Source: Emiliania huxleyi CCMP1516
Lineage: Eukaryota
NCBI RefSeq assembly: GCF_000372725.1
Contig: NW_005201349.1
Span: 202,323-248,789 of the forward strand
Length of the DNA: 46,467 nt
Direction: 5' to 3'
Shown here: in pieces, positions 1-8,702 of the stretch
Numbering within the stretch: position 1 is the stretch's first letter
Layout of the letters: each line of letters begins with the position of its first letter
Position numbers and translations under genes: made by a program
The notes under the pieces: generated by a model
Told to the model about the DNA's origin: nothing
The model's database searches: none
The model's input: only the letters and a program-made list of their open reading frames with translations

Positions 1-1077
1 GGCGGCACGCCGAGCAGCCGCCGGAGGCGCTTCTCGGCGCTGACGGCGGGAGCCTGGGCGAGGAAGAAGGCGAGGCAGCGGCCGAAGCTCGCGCGCTGCG
101 CCGGCTGCTGCAGGGCGAAGGCGTACTCGTGGAAGGCGCCGGAGAGGGCAAAGGCGATCGCGCCCGCGCCCCACCCCGGCACCCCTCGCTCCGTGAGCGG
201 CCGAAAGACGGTGCGCCGGAAGAGGCCATGGATGAGGAGATTCCAACGGCGGCCCCAAAAGTCGGCGGCGGAGGTGCTCGCGAGGAGCGGGGCGCGCCAC
301 ATCGTGCGCGGCACGAAGCCGCCGCACGCGAGCATCGTGCCAAAGGCGCCTAGGGTTGGGAGAGGGTTCGGGTGCGGGCTGGGGGCTCGAGCCAGGTTGG
401 CACGAGCATGTGGCAGAGGCGCCGGTGAACAGGCGCAGGAAGAGGTAGATGGTCCACACCTCGCAGTACAGGCGGACGGCCTCGCGCAGTGCGGCCGGCG
501 CTGGGTCGGCCGGCGGCGGCGAGAGCGCGGCGTGGGCGCTCGCGGTGAGAGCGAGCGCGGCGTACACTTGAAGCAGACTCGAGAGCTCCGTGCGCCAGAG
601 GCCAGAGCTGGCTGACGCCACCGACTGCTCGACGACGTACTCGACGGGGCTCGCAAAGTGGACCGCAAAGGCGACGCGTCCCGAGCGGGAGAGGGCGGCC
701 GGCGCCGTGCCGGCCAGCACGTCGCTCGCTTTCCACACGCCGATGAAGTTGAGCAGTGCAACGGCGGAGGCGGCGATGCCGTAGCGGAACGGGAGGAGGT
801 ATGGGGCGCAGAGCGACGCCACGCACGCCGCACCCACAGCTGAGCGCGGCCACTCCCGCCACACGATCATGGAAAGGACCACGTTGGATATTGAGCCAAG
901 CCCAAACGCGCACGCCACTTCCAGCCAGATGCCGGCGTTTGGCGGCAGCAAGGTGCTCGTGCTCATGTCGGAGCAGGCGACGATTGCGACGGCAATCGAG
1001 ACGAGCAACGTGGCGGCTCTGTTGAGTGAACCGTCGCCAGCTTCCGCGGTGATGCGTGCTGAATGATCGAGAGTCAT
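1..1077 (-). CDS. MBOAT-family (wax synthase / sterol O-acyltransferase-like) membrane acyltransferase, 3' end outside window
   Basis: Manual translation from ATG 1077 (alternative 966) with a GC-AG intron at 422..350 gives hydrophobic helices and the motifs STSAADFWGRRWNLLIHGLFRRTVFRP and AFALSGAFHEY (catalytic His). It is missing from the ORF track because it runs off the edge. Confidence 0.85.
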   Translation of the reverse strand, partial: MTLDHSARITAEAGDGSLNRAATLLVSIAVAIVACSDMSTSTLLPPNAGIWLEVACAFGLGSISNVVLSMIVWREWPRSAVGAACVASLCAPYLLPFRYGIAASAVALLNFIGVWKASDVLAGTAPAALSRSGRVAFAVHFASPVEYVVEQSVASASSGLWRTELSSLLQVYAALALTASAHAALSPPPADPAPAALREAVRLYCEVWTIYLFLRLFTGASATCSCQPGSSPQPAPEPSPNPRRLWHDARVRRLRAAHDVARPAPREHLRRRLLGPPLESPHPWPLPAHRLSAAHGARGAGVGRGRDRLCPLRRLPRVRLRPAAAGAARELRPLPRLLPRPGSRRQRREAPPAAARRAA

Positions 1078-1828
1078 CGCCGACTGCGGGCTCACGACGA
1101 CGCTTCAGGCTCGCGTCGACGTTTCGGGCTCACCTCGAGCTTCAGGTCGACGCTTCGAGCTTCAGTTCGAGCTTCAGGCTCACGTCGACTGCTTCGGGCT
1201 GAGCCCGAATGCGGCGGCTTGCTTGCGGCGACGGTCGGGTGGGGATGCTCGATAAGCGCCTGCAGCACAGAGAAGATAGGGTTTTCATTTTCGAGCGAAG
1301 TTTCCGAGAATCGAGATGCGAATAGTAGGCAGGCACCCAAGGGTGGGCGACGGCTAGCACCACACTCCTAATCACACACAAACACTACTCCCCAACACGC
1401 GGCTAGCTAGCCAGGCCTGCCTGTGTTACACGATGGCGACGTTCTCAATTCTGTCTGCGTGCTTTTGCTGCCTCCCGCTTGGAGTCGGCAGTAAAGCAAG
1501 TGGGTGGAAGCGGGGGCGACAGGGACGGCGGCGGCGGCATCAGGGTCGGCGATGCCGAGGCACAGCTCGATCGGTCACACCGCCATCGCCGTCGGGGAGA
1601 GGGGGGACGACACTGCTTCGGCAGCGTGCACCTCGATCCTGTACCGTGTTTGTTATGACCCCCCCCAATGAACACACCAGTGAGGGAGGGCGAGACGATC
1701 GAGGGGTCCCGTACCATGCGGAATCGACCCTATCCGGTGCTCAAGTGCTCAAGGTGTGTGCCCATGTTTGTGCGTGGGGGGCGTTGCACGCCGCGGATCA
1801 GGCCGGGCGGCGGGGAGGAATCGGAAGG

Positions 1829-2926
1829 CGTGTCGAGGGGTGTCGAGGGGTGTCGAGGGGTGTCGAGGGTGTCGAGGGTGTCGAGGGTGTCGAGGGTGTC
1901 GAGCGGGTGTCGAGCGGGTGTCGAGTGTTGTCAAGAGGCGTCTGAGGTATCGAGGTGTCCAAGGTGGCAGGTGGATGCAGTTGCAGCCCATCAACATACA
2001 ACAAAAGTTGGGCAGCAGTTGCAAAGCTGTTTCATCCCTTAGTTGCAGCCTTGAGCACTTGAGCACTGGATAGAGTTGCAGCCTCAGTTGCACCCTGTTG
2101 ATGTAGCACAACCTGAGCACAACCAGTATACTCTCTGTGGACATTTGAGGACATCAAGTGCCGGGAGTCATTGCCACTGTGCACCAAGGTGCTGTGGCCT
2201 GTGCAGGCGCAGCACCGCAGCAGCGTCGCCGCTGCAGCAGCGTCGCCCCTGCAGCGTCACCGGCGCACAAAGCGCAACTGACCACAGCGCTCATGGCACA
2301 AGGCTGGTGCCATGAGTCAGTGGACATTGCCACTGCACAAGGTGCTGTCCAGCAGCTAAGGGCTGCCAGTACCCCATCGCAGCAGCGTCGCCGCCGCTGC
2401 AGCGTCGCCGTTGTCAGCATCGCCAGTGCACAAAGCGCAATGGACCACAGACAGGTCTGCACTCATGGCACAAGCTCACTGGTGTGAGGATTCATTGCCA
2501 CTGTACAACGTGCTGTGCAGCACCTTAGGGCTACCTGAGTACTGCCATGTTTGCTGCATCAACAGGGGTGCAACTGCGGAGCTGCAACTTGAGCTAGAAC
2601 TTGAGAGGCTGCAACTCAGGGATGAAAGTACTGCCAGCCAAGTTTGATTGCTGCTGCAACCCTGATTTCTAACTCTGTGACTCCAATGGGTCTACGTCTC
2701 TGCTGTGTTAGGATCATCAGAGGTGCTGTCGAGCGGTGTCGAGCGGTGTCGAGCGGTGTCGAGGGGTGTCGAGGGGTGTCGAGGTGTCGAGTTTGGCACC
2801 TTGACACGGACGAGCATGGTTTCAGCCTAGATGGTGTCGAGGGGTGTCGAGGGGTGTCGAGTTTGTCGAGTTGGCATGGGTTGTCGAGGGTCGAGTCGGT
2901 GTCGAGGTTTGGTGTCGAGGTGTCGA
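1829..2926. repeat. Composite repeat: (GTGTCGAGGG)-type minisatellites flanking a degenerate ~160-bp tandem repeat core
   Basis: GTGTCGAG units at ~1829-1926 and ~2727-2926. CATTGCCACTG-initiated units at ~2169, ~2325 and ~2493. The core is TG/CA-rich. Confidence 0.75.
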
Positions 2927-3267
2927 GGCCAGGGCTCAGGCAAGCTTTGCTGCAAACAAAAGGAGTTTTTTCTCTTCTCTCTCTCAAGGAGTTCAGAAAG
3001 AAAGAAAGAACACAGACAAACCCAAACGAGGGATGGGGGAGGAGGACAGGGTCCACACTTGCACGAGCAGGATTTTGGAAGGACGATCAGGGGCAACAGG
3101 TGGGGCTCTCCTGCTATAAATAGAGCAGTCATCTCCAGGGAGAGATGGGCGACGCACACGAACACAGAGGGACAGTGCGCACCCCGCCCTGCTCGCAGGG
3201 CGTGCACCACACAGCACACTCACAGACTTATCTGGGCACTGCACGGCTCCTCGGGATTTCTGGGGAG

Positions 3268-3414
<147 letters not shown>

Positions 3415-3736
3415 CGCTCGCTCGCTCGCGCGCGCCGCTTGCGCGATCGCGCGCGCTGCGCGAGCCGCCCTGCCCGCTGCGCTGCTAGGGTTGCGCTGCG
3501 GGAAGGGCTCGGCGGCCGCTCCTAGAGCTCTTCGTCGCTCTCCCCGTAGAGCGGGGCTCTCCTGCTCCTGACAAAGAATTCTTAAGATACAAGCCTCTCT
3601 CACAGCACACTGGCACGACAAGGGCGCGGACTGGCAAAGAATTTAAAATACAAGCCTCTGACAAGGGAGAGAACGACGAGAGTGGGACGACCGCGAGGTG
3701 GCATGAAGGTTGCAGCGAGAAGCGGCGAGAGACTGC

Positions 3737-3840
3737 GAAGAGAGATAGGAAGAGGCAGACTCCCTAGGGTGGGCGACGGCTAGCGCATCACACACCTCTC
3801 CTTAAAATCCCTGTGTGGTGGCGGCGTGCCGTCCTCCCAT
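3737..3840 (+). repeat. Dispersed intergenic repeat (inverted copy at ~20803-20937, partial copy at ~1337-1358)
   Basis: CGAAGAGAGATAGGAAGAnGCAGAC..CCTAGGGTGGGCGACGGCTAGC and AAATCCCTGT..GTGCCGTCCTCCC blocks recur in reverse complement near 20.9 kb. Confidence 0.7.
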
Positions 3841-4045
3841 CCCTCCCTTGGGTTGCGTGTTTCCTTTCTTTTTCACAGCACACTGGCACGAAAAGAAAGA
3901 AAGAAAACCGACACCCAAGGGAGGGATGGAAGACACTGGCACGACAATGGCGCGTTCCCACGTTTCTTTTCGCGAGGAAGTTTTCTTGTAAAATTCTTTT
4001 CGTGGGGAGCGCGACGCGGATCTTGACGCGCGACTGGAGGTCGAG

Positions 4046-5839
4046 ATGAGCGGTTGGGTGCACCACGATTTCCTTGGCGCATCGTCGGGGGCGAAGCCGC
4101 CCCCCCCCGACGAGCCAAAGGTTGCTACGGCGGATGAGGGGAGCGATGCGGCCAAAGCGGAGGAGACAGAGGAATCTGCAAAGGCAGAAGAAGAGGCCGA
4201 GGCGGCGGCCGCAGAGGCGCAGGCGGCGGCGGCCGAGGCGGCGGCGGCCGAGGCGGCGGCGGCCGAGGCGGCGGCGGCCGAGGCGGCGGCGGCCGAGGCG
4301 GCGGCGGCCGAGGCGGCGGCGGCTGAGGCGGTGAGGGTGGCGGCGGAGGAGGCGGCGGCTGCCGAGAAGGCCCGCCTCGAGGCTGCGGCGGCTGCGGCGG
4401 CGGCTGCTGTCGCCGATGCGGCTGTTGCCGAGTCTACCTGCGACGAGGCGGAGCGGCTGCGCTTGGAGGGGTCTGCCCGGGCCGAGGCCGACGCGGCGGC
4501 ACAGGCGGAGCCGACAGCGGCGGCAGAGGAGGCCGCCAGGGTGGCGGCCGAGGGGGCGGAGGGGGCTGCAGCGGAGGGGGCGGCGGAGGGGGAGAGGGCG
4601 GAGGGGGAGAGGGCCAAACCCTCCAAAATTGACGAAGCTTTGCTGGAGGCGGAGAAGGCGGCGGAGGGGGAGAGGGCGGCGGAGGCGGAGAAGGCGGCGG
4701 CGGCGGAGCAGGCGGCGGAGGCGGCACGGCTCGCGGAGGAGAAGCAAGCCGCAGTGGAGGCGGCGGCGAGGGCGGCAGCGAAGAAGGCCTTGACGGAGGC
4801 TGCGGCGGTGGCCGAGGCGGTGAGGGAGGCGGCGGCGGCGGCGAGGAAGGCTGCGCTGGCGGAGGCTGAGGCCGCCGAGCGAGGGCGCCTGGCCGCCGCA
4901 GAGTCTGCGGCGGCGGCGGCTGAGGCTGCCCGGGCGGCGGCTGAGGCTGCCAGGGTGGCGGCGCCAGCACCAGACATCCGCCCTATGTCGACGCTGCTCG
5001 CGGCGGAGAACGCGCATCTCTTGGCAGAGCAGGCGCAGCAGGCGGCCGGTGGTGCGCTCGTCGCGGCGATCGCGCTCGTCACGTCCGCGCCGGGCGGCAT
5101 GCCGGACATGGTGAGCCTGCACGCGGAGCTGCTGGCCGCGTCGCAGCAGCAGCAGAGCGCGCAGGAGTACCTCCGGCAGGCGAACGACTCTCTGCGCGGC
5201 GCCAAGCCGACCCTCGAGGCGGCGATGCATTCGCTCGTGAGCGCTCAGGCTGCCCGCGCGCCGGCGTACGGCGCGCCGCCACCCGCGTACGGCAGCGCCG
5301 CGCAGACGTACGACCCCTCCCACGGGACTAAGCGCACGCTGGACGGCGACGCAAAGGTGGCCATGTACAAGACGGTGCTGTGCAAAGGGTTCGCGTCGGA
5401 AGCTGGCTGCCCGTACGGCGCCAAGTGCAAGTTTGCACACGGGCAGGAGGAGCTGCGCGCGAGGCCGGCGCCGGCGCCTCCTTCTGCCCCACCGACATCG
5501 CAGCAGTATGCGCCTCCGAGCGCCTACTTCAGCGGGATGGCGGCGGCGGACCCGTATGCGTACGGCAGCAACCCGATGCCGCCGCCGGACCCGTACTACG
5601 CTGCGAGGCAGCTGCCGGCGGCGGACCCGTATGCGAGGCAGCCGGCGGCGGCGGACGCGTACGTGAGGCAGGGTACCGCCGGCGCGCCCTCACCGAGGAC
5701 TTGGAAGACGACGCTTTGCAAGCATCACGCAGTCGGCAGGTGCACATACGGTGACCGTTGCAACTTTGCACACGGCATGGAGGAGCTGCAGGCAAAGGTC
5801 GATGAGTTCGGCCGAGCCATGGCCCCCCGCCCACATTGA
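4046..5839 (+). CDS. CCCH zinc-finger RNA-binding protein (TIS11/ZFP36-type fingers) with long Glu/Ala-rich N-terminal helix
   Basis: 597-aa ORF with YKTVLCKGFASEAGCPYGAKCKFAHG and WKTTLCKHHAVGRCTYGDRCNFAHG, plus (EAAAA)n repeats. Confidence 0.9.
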   Translation: MSGWVHHDFLGASSGAKPPPPDEPKVATADEGSDAAKAEETEESAKAEEEAEAAAAEAQAAAAEAAAAEAAAAEAAAAEAAAAEAAAAEAAAAEAVRVAAEEAAAAEKARLEAAAAAAAAAVADAAVAESTCDEAERLRLEGSARAEADAAAQAEPTAAAEEAARVAAEGAEGAAAEGAAEGERAEGERAKPSKIDEALLEAEKAAEGERAAEAEKAAAAEQAAEAARLAEEKQAAVEAAARAAAKKALTEAAAVAEAVREAAAAARKAALAEAEAAERGRLAAAESAAAAAEAARAAAEAARVAAPAPDIRPMSTLLAAENAHLLAEQAQQAAGGALVAAIALVTSAPGGMPDMVSLHAELLAASQQQQSAQEYLRQANDSLRGAKPTLEAAMHSLVSAQAARAPAYGAPPPAYGSAAQTYDPSHGTKRTLDGDAKVAMYKTVLCKGFASEAGCPYGAKCKFAHGQEELRARPAPAPPSAPPTSQQYAPPSAYFSGMAAADPYAYGSNPMPPPDPYYAARQLPAADPYARQPAAADAYVRQGTAGAPSPRTWKTTLCKHHAVGRCTYGDRCNFAHGMEELQAKVDEFGRAMAPRPH

Positions 5840-7582
5840 CACGCATCGTGCGAGCGGTGGCAGGGGTGGGCGCCCAGTAGGGCGGCGGCAGCGCAGCCTC
5901 GAGAGCCACAGTCTGGTCAGGTTTGGGCCCAGGGTTGCTGCTGCCTGAGAGCGCCTTAGGTGTTAGTAACAAGGGGTGATGCTCCGATAAACCCGCCGGA
6001 TCTTCGACAAAAGCAGGGACATTTCTTTTTTTGGAAGGGTAGGTGTGAATACAGCTTTCTGGTAGGGTTACATCGACGAACTATGCGGCAATCGACTGGG
6101 GGGCAGCCCCCCAGCACATCCCGCACAGAGACCTGGATGTAACCCGATTGTGAGCGTGAGTGAAACCGCCGATGCGATTGCTCATTGCTCAGTCAGTGAC
6201 CGACAGTCAGTCGCAGCAGACTTTGACGATTGGCGGCCTCGCGCCCTCAGTCGCCCTCCTCTACTAACGGCCCTGCCCCAGCCCAGATGCCTCATCCAGG
6301 GTGGTGCAACCACTCGCGCAGGGAGGGAGAGACAGTCGGCGATCTGCGCCGCGCAGATGAGCTCCGCCTCGTCTGCGTCGAGGACGTCCACCGCAGGGCT
6401 ATCATAGCGCCATATGACGCACTGCCTGTTGTTCATTACTTCGCAGGTGCCAACGTCGAGGCAATCTCACTGGTGGCGGCTGCACTCCCGGCCGGCGGTA
6501 GGAGAGATGAAGGCTAATGTACTTGGCAGTGTACGGGGACTTCCGGCGTGAACAGTGCCCCGGGACGAAAGAGGAGGCGACGTCTCTCTCGTCCACGAGC
6601 GCCTCGATGTGCGCATCGACGGTGTAACCAGCTTTGAGAGACGGGAACGAACGGCGGTGAATCGCCGACAGGTGCGCCTTCGTTCCTACCACCACTCCCA
6701 CCACCGCCAGCTCCGCCGTGGACCTTGCCGGGCCCTCTGATGATGTAGTACCGTGGAGCAGTTCGTCCGAGCCGTTGTTGTACTCTGCTGTGGCGCCAGC
6801 TCGGTGTACAATACGGACGAAGACGGCCACAGCAACGGTGTAACCAGCGCGAGCAGGCAGCGCGAACCGCTGTGCCTCGACGCCGGCCGCCGAAATCCTC
6901 TCCGAGTTCTTTGGCATTGTTTAAGTTCTTTGGCATAGGGGAACAAACAACAAACATTGCTAAATCTCTCTAGGGGAACCCCAACCCTAAATTTTCTTCG
7001 CCTGCGGCGGGCCATCACTTGGATTCGCTGCTTTCGGATTCATTAGCTCTTTCGCACGCCTTTATCCGTCACTCCCCCGAAGATTGGAGGTGTTGATTTA
7101 TGCACAAATCTATGTGTTGCGAGCGCTAGATGGCGAAATTTTCTTCGCCTCCGGCGGGGCCGCTCGCCGCGGGGCAAGAGAGGGACTTTTGTCGATGTCG
7201 GCTAGAAGTGCTGCACCTTTTTGAGAATTTCACCCCAAGTAAGTACCATGGGGGCCAGGAGCCCTGAGCACTTGGAGTGCGGCTATCAACCTCACATCCA
7301 GGGCCGGGGAGCTCTAAGAAGCGCAGCCACCCCGCTGAGCGCTGTGGCCCGACGATTGATTCTAGGAGCACTTGGAGCACTTGGAGTGCAGTCATTAACC
7401 GCTCACATCCAGGGCCGGGGAGCTAAGAAGCGCACCCAGCGAGCCGGATGATCGGCATCGGGCTACGGGCTAGAGAGCCCTGACCCTATTGAGTCTTGGA
7501 ATAGTCTTCCCTCATTTCCTTTGATTTTTCAGACACGCAACGCTCGCGCCACACCATCGACCTCACCGACCGCCCCCGACTC

Positions 7583-8671
7583 ATGTCTCTCATACCCTAC
7601 ACGGTTGCGTCGTGCTCGTCCGAGGACGAGCAGCACCCCGCCCGCGAGCTGCAGAGCTTCCACTCGCAGTCGCGCGGCTGGCAGAGCTCTCGGTTCTGCG
7701 ACTTTCCTCAGGTGTTGTGCCGCCACGCTGCCCTTGCGATCCCCCGGCCTGAGACCGCGCCGCTTCACGGCGCAGGAGATCGTCCTCAAGTTTGGCGGCC
7801 CGGTCAACGTGCAGCAGGTCCAGCTGCTCTCGCACCAGTTCAAGATTGCGACGCGGATCGAGCTTTTTGTCGGGTCGCTTGCCGAAGGGCAGGCGGAGCC
7901 GCCGGCGTCGGGCTTCGAGGGGATCCAGTTCTCGCGGCTCGGGCACTTCTCGCTCGACTGCAACGAGCGCTCCAAGTTCCAGGCGCGCGAGCTCAAGACG
8001 GTCTACGTGCCGCGCCGCGCCGACGGCCTCTACCTCCGGCTGCTGCTGCACAAGTGCCACGTGAACGAGCACAACCTGTACAGCCAGCTAGGCCTGCTGG
8101 CGGTGCGCGTGATCGGCGACGGGGGCGGCGACGGCGAGCGGCCCCTCGACGCGCCGCTCTCCCGGCTGGCGACGCGGCCGCCCTTAGCGCCGGAGGAGGC
8201 GGAGGAGCGGGCCGGAGGCGCGGTGGATGGCGGCGTGATGGCAGCCGCCCCACCCTCCCTCCGCGAGTTGCGCGGGGAGATGCGCCGGCGGCGGTTGAGC
8301 GTCCGGGCGGGTTGTGGACAGGCGCTGCTGCACGAGCTGCACCGCGACAAGGAGGAGGCCGTCCGTGCCGAGGAGTACGAGCACGCCAAGGCGCTCAAGA
8401 CACGGATCGAGGCGGCGCCTCCCAGACCCCTCCTAGAGAGTCTTCCCCCGCAGCCGTCCCAGAACGTGCCTGGAGCGGCCCTAGAAGAGTGCGGTCGCTC
8501 TCCGCCGCAGGAGCTGCGCGGCGTCGGCGTCGAGCTCTCCTCGCTCGAGCGTAAGAAGCTCGCGGCTGTGCAGGCTCGTCACCACTCCTGCCCACTCCTG
8601 CCCCCCGACCTCCTCCTCCTGCTCCTCCTCACCCACAACCACAACCACCTCGCCCCCTCCTGCTCCTGTCT

Positions 8672-8702
<31 letters not shown>

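Noticed and set aside
3788..5440. Long antisense ORFs (550 and 467 aa) and many similar Arg/Pro/Ala-rich ORFs across the window
   Set aside because: Shadow frames of GC-rich real genes, with no domain motifs.
6402..6957. Possible gene or transposon remnant (minus-strand ORFs 6402-6917 and 6514-6957)
   Set aside because: No recognisable motif, and the frames are inconsistent.
6981..6992. CCAACCCTAAA as a telomerase-RNA template or telomeric seed
   Set aside because: Single short match with no supporting structure.
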